Source: Promethearchaeota archaeon (GTDB taxonomy: Archaea; Asgardarchaeota; Lokiarchaeia; Sigyniarchaeales; SOKP01). From it: a stretch of DNA of 64,000 bases. Where the stretch lies: assembly GCA_016930515.1 (NCBI GenBank), contig JAFGGO010000074.1, forward strand, positions 1 through 64,000, written 5' to 3'. The notes beneath the pieces were generated by a model. That model worked only from the letters and a program-made list of their open reading frames with translations. It was not told where the DNA came from and searched no databases. This document shows positions 1-10,442 of this stretch, piece by piece. Each line of letters begins with the position of its first letter. The first letter of the stretch is position 1. A program made the translations under genes and the position numbers.

Positions 1-17
1 AATAAAAAGAAAAGGAA

Positions 18-398
18 TTAGTCCTTTTTGAGTAATAACTTATTAATCGGTATATCTGCAAATTCGCCTGAAGGATATTCTCTTCTCAGCGTTAAAGGCA
101 ATATCCTCGACTTAAGCTCTACTTGGGCGATTTTTATGGGATCAATCATGTTTTTCGGTTTTTCAACCAAGATGGGTGCCCCGAAGCTTATTTGAAGGGC
201 TCTCGCACCGACGATTCGGGCTTTTTCATACCGGGTAAGAAATATAGAGCCAATCTCTTTCTTTAATTCGACTTCTTCTTGTTCGCCATCGATTGTTTTT
301 ATGTACTTTGGAATTTCTCGTAGATATTGCTTGACTTCGCGATATTTTTTTCTTAATTCTCTTGATTCTAAGAAACTTGACACGGTTAACCTTACCAA
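18..398 (-). CDS. rpoK: DNA-directed RNA polymerase subunit K (Rpo6)
   Basis: Signature LTRYEKARIVGARALQISFGAP; exact start (TTG 398 vs downstream GTG) uncertain. Confidence 0.95.
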   Translation of the reverse strand: MVRLTVSSFLESRELRKKYREVKQYLREIPKYIKTIDGEQEEVELKKEIGSIFLTRYEKARIVGARALQISFGAPILVEKPKNMIDPIKIAQVELKSRILPLTLRREYPSGEFADIPINKLLLKKD

Positions 399-520
399 AA
401 AAATAAGTGATTAATTATTTAAATAAGGCATGAGTTATAATTTTTTTGATTTTTAAAGATAAAAGTAAAACAGGAATAGTTCTAAACACTCGATTTTAAA
501 GAAAAAAAAATTATAAATAG

Positions 521-625
521 TGCGCAAGGAGGGAGATTCCATACGATCGGAAAGCGAGCGTATTTTTGAACCCTCGCCCTACACGGTGTGAGCGTGTCGT
601 TATAGCCTGGCTAAACTACTCGCGC
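521..625 (-). tRNA. tRNA-Val(CAC) with 30-nt intron in the T-loop (59/60)
   Basis: Reverse complement: GCGCGAG/CTTGCGC acceptor stem, D arm GTTTAGCCAGGCTATAAC, anticodon arm ACACG-CTCACAC-CGTGT, T stem GAGGG/CCCTC with loop TTCAAAT after removing 535-564; discriminator A, no encoded CCA. Confidence 0.93.
535..564 (-). other. BHB-type tRNA intron (30 nt)
   Basis: Bulges AA^A and TC^T flank central helix TTCA/GGAA (3 of 4 paired); outer helix is the T stem; inner helix ATACG/CGTAT. Confidence 0.9.
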
Positions 626-892
626 TTAATAATATTTTTTTCTTTTTAGATGTTGAGTGATTGATAGAAAATCAATGGAGCATTTTCGTTCAATTATGTG
701 ATAATAAATCAACAAAGCTATTTATATTTGGATGTTTCTTGATTAATGAATTTAAATGATGTTAGAGTTAAAATTGTTAATTAATCTCGATTATTAATCA
801 ATCATTAGAGTAATTTAAGAGAATCGATTGACTCTCATTATTTAAATTGATTGTACTTTTTCGTAACCAAGAAATATAAATATCGTTTTTTC

Positions 893-3244
893 ATGTGCGC
901 AAAGGTTAACAAAGAGGATTATTTAAACCATCCGTTAGTAAAGCAGAATATAGTAGTTCGTCGGGAATATCAAGAAAATATTTTCGTGAATTGTCTTAAC
1001 AAAGATGCTCTCGTGGTAATTCCCACGGGATTGGGAAAAACTATTATAGCATTAATGCTCGCAGTTCAGCGTCTAACTGAAAAACCGGGTTCGAAGGTAG
1101 TATTTTTAGCCCCAACAAAACCGCTTGTCGAACAACACTATAAATCTTTCTTGGATCTTACGGAAATAGCTCCCGATTCTTTGAAGGCAATCACGGGCTC
1201 AATATCTCCCGACAAGAGAAAACAACTATGGGAAAAGGTGATTATTGCCTTTATGACGCCTCAAGTGTTTCAAAACGACATAGTTTCAGCTCTTTATTCC
1301 ACGAGGGATGTATCGTTAATTATATTTGACGAGGCCCATCGTGCCGTTGGGGATTATGCTTATTGTTTTATTGCTAAAAAATACATAGAAAGCTCTCGAT
1401 CCCCCCAAATACTGGGCTTAACAGCCAGTCCAGGATCAACTGAAGAAAAAATAAGTGAAATTAAGAGAAACTTGTTTATCGAACATTTAGAGATCCGCAC
1501 TGAAAAAGATAACGATGTGAATCCTTATGTGCACGATGTGGAACAATTATGGATACGAATTAAATTACCCTATGAATTCTTAGAAATTAAAAATATTTTA
1601 GACGAAAAACTAAAATCTTGCTATAAATTTTTAAAAGAAAACGATTTGCTTTCCTCTCACGATATCAACAAGGTAACAAGAAAAGACATTTTGAAATTGG
1701 ATAAGGTAATAAGTAAGCGAATTTCCTCAACAAAAGACGATTCTGAAAGATTTCAAATGTTTCATGCTAAAAAAATATCAGCTAATGCCATTAGAATTTC
1801 ACACATGGCAGAATTAATCGAAACGCAAGGTATCAACGCCTTAAAGGAGTACATCGATAAAAACGAAGAAAAGATCGAGAAAAATACTGCTAATAAATCT
1901 TTAAAAGAATTATTTAGAGATAAAGACTTCAAATGCGTGAGAGAATTAACATATTTGTCCCAATCAAAGGGTTTAATCCATCCAAAAATTACGAAATTGA
2001 TTGAAATATTAGAAGAACAAATACAGAAGGATCAAAATTCAAGAATATTAGTTTTTTGCCATTTCAGGGATTCTGTTAATAATATCGTTCGGGTTTTAAA
2101 GAAAAGCAATTCAATTCGAGTTCATAAATTCGTTGGTCAAGCGAATAAAAGTTCAGATAAGGGATTGACACAAAAACAGCAAGTTCAACTTCTCGATGAA
2201 TTCAAAAAAGGAGAATATAACGTTTTAATCGGCACGAGCGTTGCAGAAGAAGGTTTAGACATAGCTGAATGTGATTTGGTCGTGTTTTACGATGTAGTTC
2301 CGAGCGCTATTCGTTCGATACAAAGACGGGGGCGTACGGGGCGCAAAAGAGATGGTAAAGTGTGCGTTCTGATGGCAGAAAATACCCGAGACGAGGGATA
2401 TTATTGGGCGGAAAGAACAAAAGAAAAAAATATGAAAGAAAGCCTAAATAAGATGAAAAAATACGAAAACGAAAAAAGTACTGGTCAATCTAACCTTTTA
2501 AATTTCATTTCGAACGAATCAAAAAAAATTGATTCTTCTAATAAAATAGATGGTAATTATTATGAATCAATTTCTCCTATTGAAGATGCAAAAAAGATAG
2601 AAATTACTTGTGACTATAGGGAAACATCATCTTCTGTCGTCAGGATTTTGTCTCTTATGGGTGTTAATGTCAAGTTGGAGCAGCTTAATGTTGCGGATTA
2701 TATTATATCAAATAGAACGGGAATTGAACGGAAATCTTCAAAGGATTTTAGCGATTCTATAAAGGATGGTAGATTATTTGAGGAATTATCGAATTTAAAG
2801 AAAAATTTCGAGCGTGCTATATTAATTTTGGAAGGAGATCCATTTACTAATTCAAGTGTGAATATTAATGCCTTGTATGGTGCAATTTCTTCCATTATTC
2901 TTAATCTGGGAATAGTATTATATAAAACTGAAGATCCAAAGGAAACGGCTTTATTTTTGTATCATATGGCAAAAAAAGAACAAGGAGAATCGAAAGGATC
3001 CTTAAAGCTCCGATTTGAAAAAGCACCATTGAGTACTTCAAGATTATTAGAATATATAATTGCAGGAATTCCGGGAGTGAATTCTCAAAGAGCTACAAGC
3101 TTACTAAAGAAAATGTGTACCTTACAAAACATTTTCAATTCAGATATTCCAGATTTAACTAAAGTCGAAAATATTGGCAGGAAAATCGCCCAAGAGATTT
3201 ATAAATTAAGCAGGTTTAAATATCTTGACGACTCGCAAAACTAA
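893..3244 (+). CDS. hef: Hef/FANCM-like SF2 helicase fused to ERCC4/XPF nuclease
   Basis: PTGLGKT, DEAH, TAS, QRRGRTGR helicase motifs; C-terminal ERKS..DF..SIKDGRL nuclease motif and HhH; ATG 893 preferred over TTG 851. Confidence 0.93.
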   Translation: MCAKVNKEDYLNHPLVKQNIVVRREYQENIFVNCLNKDALVVIPTGLGKTIIALMLAVQRLTEKPGSKVVFLAPTKPLVEQHYKSFLDLTEIAPDSLKAITGSISPDKRKQLWEKVIIAFMTPQVFQNDIVSALYSTRDVSLIIFDEAHRAVGDYAYCFIAKKYIESSRSPQILGLTASPGSTEEKISEIKRNLFIEHLEIRTEKDNDVNPYVHDVEQLWIRIKLPYEFLEIKNILDEKLKSCYKFLKENDLLSSHDINKVTRKDILKLDKVISKRISSTKDDSERFQMFHAKKISANAIRISHMAELIETQGINALKEYIDKNEEKIEKNTANKSLKELFRDKDFKCVRELTYLSQSKGLIHPKITKLIEILEEQIQKDQNSRILVFCHFRDSVNNIVRVLKKSNSIRVHKFVGQANKSSDKGLTQKQQVQLLDEFKKGEYNVLIGTSVAEEGLDIAECDLVVFYDVVPSAIRSIQRRGRTGRKRDGKVCVLMAENTRDEGYYWAERTKEKNMKESLNKMKKYENEKSTGQSNLLNFISNESKKIDSSNKIDGNYYESISPIEDAKKIEITCDYRETSSSVVRILSLMGVNVKLEQLNVADYIISNRTGIERKSSKDFSDSIKDGRLFEELSNLKKNFERAILILEGDPFTNSSVNINALYGAISSIILNLGIVLYKTEDPKETALFLYHMAKKEQGESKGSLKLRFEKAPLSTSRLLEYIIAGIPGVNSQRATSLLKKMCTLQNIFNSDIPDLTKVENIGRKIAQEIYKLSRFKYLDDSQN

Positions 3245-3352
3245 AATGGAATCAAGTGATACAAAAAACATTTTTAATCTTAACAGTTATAATATTAGTA
3301 TTAGTATAATTAATTAAGTGCAAAAACTATTATAATAACATAACATTATTTT

Positions 3353-3958
3353 TTGGCAGGAAAAAAAATGATTAAATTTAAAGTAGTAGTAGCAGGAGCA
3401 AAAAATGTTGGAAAAACGAGCCTGATTAGGCGCTACGCAACGGGAAAATTCGATAAGTCCACCCTTTCAACGATAGGAGTAGATTTTGAGACTAAAAAAA
3501 TTGTAGTCGACGATACAGAAATTCTCCTAAACATATGGGATTTTGCTGGTGAAAAGAAATTTAGGTTATTGCTACCTTCCTATGTATCAGGAGCATCAGG
3601 TGCACTCATGCTCTACGACATTACGAATAAGGAATCGCTTTCAGATCTCTACGATTGGATAAAAGTCATATCATCAGTTCCAAACAGCCCACATACCAAG
3701 TTACTACTCGAAGCCAAAGTGGATTTGGAAGAACAAAGAGAAATAACTACTGAAGACGCACAAAAATTATTCGACCAACACAAATTCCAAGGGGAAATCA
3801 TAAAAACTTCTGCTAAAACAGGAGAAAATATCGAGCACGCTTTTGAAATGTTAGGACGAGAAATTCTCAAGAATTCCTTAAAAAGGTGCCCAAATTGCGA
3901 TAATCTTTATCCAAAGGAATTAAAATTCTGCCAATACTGTGGAAGTAAGACCCAATAG
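3353..3958 (+). CDS. Rab-like small GTPase with C-terminal zinc ribbon
   Basis: G1 GAKNVGKT, TIGVDF, WDFAG, AKVD, TSAK; terminal CPNC...CQYC. Confidence 0.9.
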   Translation: MAGKKMIKFKVVVAGAKNVGKTSLIRRYATGKFDKSTLSTIGVDFETKKIVVDDTEILLNIWDFAGEKKFRLLLPSYVSGASGALMLYDITNKESLSDLYDWIKVISSVPNSPHTKLLLEAKVDLEEQREITTEDAQKLFDQHKFQGEIIKTSAKTGENIEHAFEMLGREILKNSLKRCPNCDNLYPKELKFCQYCGSKTQ

Positions 3959-4062
3959 AAAGGAATGGATATTTAAGATACTTCTCTATTATTTTATAGA
4001 TTTTTATTTAGTAAATCCACGCAGTAACGCTAATTATATTTTAATTCAATAAAATCTTGAAT

Positions 4063-4308
4063 ATGTATATCAAGGATAACTATGTCTTTTTCAAATGTTA
4101 TCATTGTGGTGAATGGTTTTATTCAAAAAATAAGATAAAAACTAAAAAATGTTGGAGATGTAATAGGTCTTTTCAAGTTAAAAATTCTTTAAAGTTTTCC
4201 AAAATGTGCTCAGGGGTAGAGGCAATAGCAATTATGAAGGAATTAAAAGTTAAAAATCGAGATTTTAAATCCTTCAATAAATCCATTTATGAAAAAAATA
4301 GTACTTAA
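4063..4308 (+). CDS. Small zinc-ribbon protein (DUF1922-like)
   Basis: CYHC...KTKKCWRC pattern. Confidence 0.65.
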   Translation: MYIKDNYVFFKCYHCGEWFYSKNKIKTKKCWRCNRSFQVKNSLKFSKMCSGVEAIAIMKELKVKNRDFKSFNKSIYEKNST

Positions 4309-4447
4309 TTTAAAAAAGAAAGATATTTATTATATTCTACCTCAATTCCTCTAATGGATAAAGATTTATCAGAATAGTGTAATTTTTTTTATTTAAATAG
4401 TTATAGAGTTATTTTTTATTACCCTAAAAAGAAAAGAAGGAAGTACA

Positions 4448-5902
4448 TTGAAGGAAATAAATGAAAACTTAAAAAATATTGACGATGAATTGATAAAAAG
4501 ATTAAATGATCTAGCTAAAGATAATTCTGAATATTGGGATTTGAGATGTAGCGCTTACGAGGGAACTTCTCTTGATTTTACAGACCAAAAAAGTAAGGAA
4601 ATATCTTCATCAAGCACCATAGAGTGTGGAATTCGGTCTTTTATTAATGGAGGGTGGGGTTTTGTTGTTCTAAAAGATCTCGATAGAAAGTCAATCGAAA
4701 ATGGTTTTCAAAAGGCTATTAAATTGTCAAAATTAACGGAATCCTTGAGTAGAAACAAGTTTAAAATTAATGAACGGGATCCTCTCATAGAACACTTCAA
4801 GATTGAGGAATTTAGCTCATTAAAAGAAATTGGAATTGAAGAAAAGATCGAATTAGTTAAAGAACACGAAAAAACAATGTCGTCTCTTTCAAGTCAAATA
4901 AAAAATACCAGAACGGTCTATATGGATAATGGCATTCAGAGTATTTTTGCAAATTCTTTTGGTAGTTTCATAACTCAAAATTATTCGGTATTAAGGTTAT
5001 TTAATTTAGCGTTTGCTCAGAAAAATGGATTAATACAAAGAGCTGTCAACTCAGTAGGAGGTGTGGGTGGTTTTGAGATCGTTAAAACAGAGCAAGCAAG
5101 AAGTTTAAGCCAAAAAACAGCAAGCGAAGCGATTGCCTTGCTTGAGGCTAAATCTCCCTTAGGAGGAAAATTCACGGTAATAATGGACCCAAAGCTAACA
5201 GGAACATTCGTTCACGAGGCATTTGGACACGCCGTTGAGGCCGATCTAGTATTAAATAAGGAGAGTATATTAGAAGGAAGGATTGGAGAAAAAGTTGCAA
5301 TAGAAGACGTAACCATCATTGACGATCCACGAATGGGTAGAGCAAAAAAGCTTAATTTACCATACGAACTATTCGGTAGCTATTTCGTGGATTCTGAAGG
5401 TATTCCATCTCAAAAGACTACGATAATAGAAGCTGGTATATTAAAAAATTATATTCATAGTTTGGAAACATCATCAAGAATGAATATTAAACCTAACGGC
5501 CATGGAAGGGCAGCATCCGATTCCTCCCGACCTCAAGTAAGAATGGGTATAACACTTCTGGAACCCAAGGAGTGGAAGCTTGACGAAATGATCGAAGATA
5601 CCAAAAACGGAATTCTATGCGAGGATTTTCAATATGGTTATACCGATCCAACAACTGGAAATTTTCAATTCAAATGTAGGATCTCCTACACGATTGAGAA
5701 CGGGGAAAAGAAAACCATGATGAGAGACGCTTCGCTTTCAGGTATGACCTTGGAAGTTTTAAATAAAATTACTGCTATAGGTAGCAAATCCGAAATGAAT
5801 ATTTCTGATGGGATGTGTGGAAAAGGCGGGCAAAGTGTAAGGGTGTGTGATGGTGGTCCGTTTGTTCGAATAGAAGACATGATCGTTGGAGGTTTGAGTT
5901 AG
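4448..5902 (+). CDS. tldD: TldD-family metalloprotease
   Basis: HEAFGHAVEAD zinc motif, C-terminal GMCGKGGQ. Confidence 0.92.
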   Translation: MKEINENLKNIDDELIKRLNDLAKDNSEYWDLRCSAYEGTSLDFTDQKSKEISSSSTIECGIRSFINGGWGFVVLKDLDRKSIENGFQKAIKLSKLTESLSRNKFKINERDPLIEHFKIEEFSSLKEIGIEEKIELVKEHEKTMSSLSSQIKNTRTVYMDNGIQSIFANSFGSFITQNYSVLRLFNLAFAQKNGLIQRAVNSVGGVGGFEIVKTEQARSLSQKTASEAIALLEAKSPLGGKFTVIMDPKLTGTFVHEAFGHAVEADLVLNKESILEGRIGEKVAIEDVTIIDDPRMGRAKKLNLPYELFGSYFVDSEGIPSQKTTIIEAGILKNYIHSLETSSRMNIKPNGHGRAASDSSRPQVRMGITLLEPKEWKLDEMIEDTKNGILCEDFQYGYTDPTTGNFQFKCRISYTIENGEKKTMMRDASLSGMTLEVLNKITAIGSKSEMNISDGMCGKGGQSVRVCDGGPFVRIEDMIVGGLS

Positions 5903-5903
5903 C

Positions 5904-7280
5904 TTGGAAAATTTAGATATTTTTAACACGGCAGATAAATGTTTAGAATTAAGTAAAAAGATAGATCCTAATGTGAAATGCACGGAAATTTACATAAAAA
6001 AAACAAAGTATATTAATATTGAAATCGAAGAAAATTCTGTAAAGAATAGCGAGTCGGGAAGCGATTTGGGAATATCTATTAGAGCATTTGATAAGCGTGG
6101 TTCCTTGGGCTTTGCCTTTACGAATAAGACAAATAAATTTTCCATTGAATCTATGATAAGAACGGCCATCAAGATGATGAAAGCCGGAACAGATGACCCC
6201 GACTTTGAGGATTTGCCCCTTGCACAAACTAATTATCCAACCGTTACGGGCTTATTTGATAAGACTATAAAAGAACTTCAAGTCGAAGATTCCATGCAAT
6301 ATGTAAGGGAATTGATTAATACATGTAAAGAAGACGAACAAGCCATTTCTCAAGCCGCTAATTTCACATCAAATTACTCAAAAGTATTAATTCTCAATTC
6401 TAACGGCTTAGAAGTTAGGGGAAAAAAAACTAATTGCATCGTTTCCTCAAGGATGATTGCAAGAGACAAGTTTAGCAATGATACATCATTTGGAGTGGAA
6501 TGGCAATCCGTGCGAAATTTAAAAGAAATAGATGCTATATTAATTGCCCAAAAAGCCTTAAAGAATGCAAAGAATAACTTAAACCGAAAAAAGATTAATA
6601 ATATGAAATGTCCACTCGTTTTGACACCTAATGGAGCCATTAGCCTTATTTTAGAACCATTAATATCCGCAATTAACGCAGAAACCTTCCAATATAATAG
6701 AAGTTTTCTTGTTGGAAAGCGGGGAGCTCAAGTTGGATCTATCTACTTGAATGTGGAAGATAAAGCTCTTATCGATAATGGTTCGGGATCGGCAGTGTTT
6801 GATGGTGAAGGAGTTCCTTGTAGGGATAAAATAATCATTAATAATGGAACTTTTTTGGAATCGGGGTTATTACATAATAGTTATACTGCCAATAAAGAAG
6901 GTACTATAAGTACGGGAAATGCTTCTAGATCTTCTTATAGTTCTGTTCCTTCAATCAATTGTACGAATTTCTTGTTAAATTCGGGTGAACATTCAAGTGA
7001 AGAAATAATTGAGGACATGAAACATGGAATAATACTCGATTATACGGGAGATTCTCCTAATATTGCAACGGGTGATTTTAGTGGGCTTATTTTGCAGGGA
7101 TCTTTTGTTAAGAACGGAGAGATCATTCATCCTCTAAATGAAACCATGCTTGCAATTAATCTCATAGATTTATTTAGAAAAATTGATGCCATTTCTAAAG
7201 AATATAGCGTATATGGTTCTTTTCAAGCTCCGTATGTTAGAATTGATGATGTGAATATCTTAGGTGGTGGTGATGTTTAG
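5904..7280 (+). CDS. pmbA: PmbA/TldE-family protein
   Basis: FDGEG, STGNASR, TGDFSG motifs, no HExxH; directly follows tldD. Confidence 0.9.
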   Translation: MENLDIFNTADKCLELSKKIDPNVKCTEIYIKKTKYINIEIEENSVKNSESGSDLGISIRAFDKRGSLGFAFTNKTNKFSIESMIRTAIKMMKAGTDDPDFEDLPLAQTNYPTVTGLFDKTIKELQVEDSMQYVRELINTCKEDEQAISQAANFTSNYSKVLILNSNGLEVRGKKTNCIVSSRMIARDKFSNDTSFGVEWQSVRNLKEIDAILIAQKALKNAKNNLNRKKINNMKCPLVLTPNGAISLILEPLISAINAETFQYNRSFLVGKRGAQVGSIYLNVEDKALIDNGSGSAVFDGEGVPCRDKIIINNGTFLESGLLHNSYTANKEGTISTGNASRSSYSSVPSINCTNFLLNSGEHSSEEIIEDMKHGIILDYTGDSPNIATGDFSGLILQGSFVKNGEIIHPLNETMLAINLIDLFRKIDAISKEYSVYGSFQAPYVRIDDVNILGGGDV

Positions 7281-7808
7281 ATTGATTCTTAAAAAAAAAC
7301 CATTTTCAACAAATAAGAATTCTTCGTGTTCATCAGAAAATATTTTCCAGATTTCGAATAAGACCATCTGATCGTTTCCTGCTTCGGAAAAAGAAACATT
7401 AACGGGCATGGGCCCCCATTTATGGCTTGAATGTATTGTATAATTACCTGTTGTATGAGCAAGAGTTGTATTTGAACAACCTAATGTAGTAGGATCGATC
7501 CAAGTATCGTTATTGCATGCTCCATATTTTATTCTAAATTTTAAATCATATCCAAGATGGTTTTCCATATAAAGATAGAATGTGAGATTTTCATCGACTA
7601 GTGCTTTTGTTGGATAATTTCCTAATTCCTCTTCTTCGTTTAAAACGGCAAAAACAATGAATCCTTCTTCGGGTGTTGTTAAATAATAGATAATGAAACC
7701 AAAAACGGTAATAATACCAATTAATAGGCACACCGTTAATACTTTTCCGAAACTCTTGGAGTTGTTGCTTGAAGAAAATTTATTTTTTATAATTGATAGT
7801 TTCTTCAT
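7260..7808 (-). CDS. Membrane-anchored protein, DUF1616-like
   Basis: Single N-terminal TM helix then EGF..FAVLN...GNYP...ENH pattern; overlaps the upstream sugar-nucleotide gene. Confidence 0.6.
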   Translation of the reverse strand: MKKLSIIKNKFSSSNNSKSFGKVLTVCLLIGIITVFGFIIYYLTTPEEGFIVFAVLNEEEELGNYPTKALVDENLTFYLYMENHLGYDLKFRIKYGACNNDTWIDPTTLGCSNTTLAHTTGNYTIHSSHKWGPMPVNVSFSEAGNDQMVLFEIWKIFSDEHEEFLFVENGFFLRINLNITTT

Positions 7809-8862
7809 AATCTTTAAACCACGCAATCGTCTTTTTTAAACCTTCTCGTAAAGGCGTCGTAGGGGTCCAATCTATAATTTCCTTGGCTTTTGTGAGAACG
7901 GGAGATCTTCTTAATGGATCATCTATTGGTAATTTGTGAAATATTATTTTTGAACTCGAATTCGTTAATTCTATTATAATATTTGCCAATTCTAATATTG
8001 TAAATTGTTTATCGTTACCTAAGTTGATAACTTCCCCTCTTGCTTTTTCAGAGTGGATTATCTTCAAGAATCCTTCGATTTCATCAACAACATATGTAAA
8101 CGACCTCGTCTGAGAACCATTACCAAAAACAGTGATATCCTCGTTATTAATCGCTTGATGAATGAAATTAGGAATAACCCTTCCAAATTCAGGTCCAGAA
8201 CGTATTCTTGGACCAGATGTATTAAAAATGCGAACGATCTTGGTGTTTATTCCGTGTTGGAGCTCGTAAGCCTTTACAAATGCCTCTCCCGCTCTTTTTG
8301 ACTCGTCGTAACAGCTCCTTGGCCCAACCGGATTAACATGTCCGTAATATGTTTCAGGAGTTGGAACCCGTTCTGGAGGAGGATTGCCATATACTTCAGA
8401 AGTACTCGTATAAAAAAAGATTGCGTTGTGAGCTTTCGCAATACCTAAAGCGTTCATGGTACCTAGAGTATTACTTTTAAGTATAGGAATAGGGTATTGC
8501 TGGAATTCAAACGGAGATGCCCTACTAGCCATATGCATTACAATATCTATTTTTTTGATATCACCAATACAAATACCATTTGGATGATGAGTAATCCCAA
8601 AATAAATAGGTACGGAAATATCGTGATTTATAAACCTGAAATTAGGCTTATCCTTTAAATGAGAAATATTTTCAAATCTACCTGAAGATAAATTATCTAT
8701 ACAAATGCAATTTGCTCCTTGCTTGACTAAAATATCGCATACCCAAGATCCAAGAAATCCTGCCCCTCCAGTAACCAAAATTGTCTTATCCTTAAAAGAT
8801 ATATTATCTTTTTCAATTCGATTTAATATTTCTTGTAAGTCCTCTTCTAGGTTATAGTGCAT
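7780..8862 (-). CDS. UDP-glucuronate decarboxylase-like extended SDR
   Basis: TGGAGFLG, STSEVYG, GPRSCYDESKR, RIFNT.GPR, GSQTRSF. Confidence 0.9.
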   Translation of the reverse strand: MHYNLEEDLQEILNRIEKDNISFKDKTILVTGGAGFLGSWVCDILVKQGANCICIDNLSSGRFENISHLKDKPNFRFINHDISVPIYFGITHHPNGICIGDIKKIDIVMHMASRASPFEFQQYPIPILKSNTLGTMNALGIAKAHNAIFFYTSTSEVYGNPPPERVPTPETYYGHVNPVGPRSCYDESKRAGEAFVKAYELQHGINTKIVRIFNTSGPRIRSGPEFGRVIPNFIHQAINNEDITVFGNGSQTRSFTYVVDEIEGFLKIIHSEKARGEVINLGNDKQFTILELANIIIELTNSSSKIIFHKLPIDDPLRRSPVLTKAKEIIDWTPTTPLREGLKKTIAWFKDYEETINYKK

Positions 8863-9080
8863 TTAATTCAACTCACTTAATTTTTGTTAGGAAATACTCA
8901 AATAGATTTATCTTTTTCTGAAAAATCCTTCTTATTTTCTAGTTCCCTTTCAAACATACTATAGTGCTTAAAATTCGATCAATGAATATTCTTTTAATCT
9001 GTTAATAATTAACATTGAAAAAAATAATATAGGATTGGCATTTATTTCACTTAAATGTTGAATTTTTATTCTATAAGATT

Positions 9081-10442
9081 ATGACACATAAGTTTATACA
9101 TCCAATAGAAACGCGATATCGCACTAAGATTGCAGACATTTTTACTGAAGAAAAGAAATTGGCAAATTGGTTAAGGGTAGAAGCCATTTTAGCAAGGATT
9201 CACGCAAAGTTAGGGAACATCCCAATAGAGGCTGCAAAAGAAATCGAAAAAAAAGCAACTTTAGAACATGTTAAGATCGAAAGATTTAAAGAACTCGATA
9301 GGGAAATTCACCACGACCTCATGGCAATGGTCAAGGCTTTAACAGAACAATGTGATGGAGAAGCAGGAAAATACATTCATTTAGGGGCCACTAGCTACGA
9401 TATTGAAGACACGGCACTTGCGTTGCAGCTTAAAGAAGCTTTAGAATATTTAAAAATATCTCTCCTGGGTCTATTAAAAAAGTTATGGTTGCTTATTGCT
9501 GAAAAAAAGAATTTAATATGTATTGGAAGAACGCATGGACAACACGCAATACCAACTACCTACGGAATGAGATTTGGTGTCTGGGCAAGCGAAATTGATA
9601 GACACATCGATAGAATATCTGAAACATTAAGAAGAGCAGCTTGCGGAAAGATGTCAGGAGCTGTAGGCACCATGGCAAGTTTTGGGGAAAAAGGAATCGA
9701 AATACAAAAGTTAGTCATGGAAGAGCTCGATTTATCTCCCGTTTTAATTGCAAACCAAGTAATTCAAAGGGACAGGCACGCAGAAGTTATTTTGTTGACG
9801 GCTTTGATAGGTCAAACGCTTTCAAAGATCGCTAGAGAGATTAGAATTCTTCAAAGGAACGAAATTGGAGAAATTTTTGAACCATTTAAGAAAAACCAAG
9901 TTGGAAGTTCGACTATGCCTCATAAGAGAAACCCCCATAAATCCGAAAGAATATGTAGCATAGCACGAGTTGTAAAGTCGAATGTGATTATTGCCTTAGA
10001 CAATATTGTGTTAGAAGACGAGAGAGATTTGACGAATTCCGCTTCTGAAAGGGTAATTTTTGCCGAAAATTTCGTGTTTTTAGATTTTATGATAATCGAA
10101 CTCACTTCGATTCTTGCAGGATTAGAATTTAATGAATCTCAAATCAATCGAAATCTTAATTTAACAAGAGGGGCTTGTTTGGCCGAACGTATAATGGTTG
10201 AACTCGTGAAAAGGGGTATTGGCAGGCAAGAAGGGCACGAGATCCTAAGGCAAGCAGCAATTCAGGCGAGAAAAGAAGATGTATTTATTAAGGACATTCT
10301 CATGACTAATAGAAGCATAAAAGAAAGATTTACGCAAGAAGATTTGGATGATTTATTAGATCCTAAAGGTTATATAGGTAAATCGATTGAACAAGTTAAC
10401 AATCTTTTAGATTATTTTGTAAATAAATACCACTTTAAATGA
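9081..10442 (+). CDS. purB: Adenylosuccinate lyase
   Basis: GSSTMPHKRNP, HLGATSYDI, GRTHGQHA. Confidence 0.96.
   Translation: MTHKFIHPIETRYRTKIADIFTEEKKLANWLRVEAILARIHAKLGNIPIEAAKEIEKKATLEHVKIERFKELDREIHHDLMAMVKALTEQCDGEAGKYIHLGATSYDIEDTALALQLKEALEYLKISLLGLLKKLWLLIAEKKNLICIGRTHGQHAIPTTYGMRFGVWASEIDRHIDRISETLRRAACGKMSGAVGTMASFGEKGIEIQKLVMEELDLSPVLIANQVIQRDRHAEVILLTALIGQTLSKIAREIRILQRNEIGEIFEPFKKNQVGSSTMPHKRNPHKSERICSIARVVKSNVIIALDNIVLEDERDLTNSASERVIFAENFVFLDFMIIELTSILAGLEFNESQINRNLNLTRGACLAERIMVELVKRGIGRQEGHEILRQAAIQARKEDVFIKDILMTNRSIKERFTQEDLDDLLDPKGYIGKSIEQVNNLLDYFVNKYHFK

Noticed and set aside
660-676. ATTGAT-N5-ATCAAT palindrome between the tRNA and hef, resembling an FNR box
   Set aside because: Spacer differs from the FNR consensus, host is archaeal, and short AT-rich palindromes are expected by chance
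8560-8605. Extra ~12 residues (FGITHHPNGICIG) in the UDP-glucuronate decarboxylase as an in-frame intron
   Set aside because: AT-rich, only a weak hairpin, no BHB; more simply a protein loop
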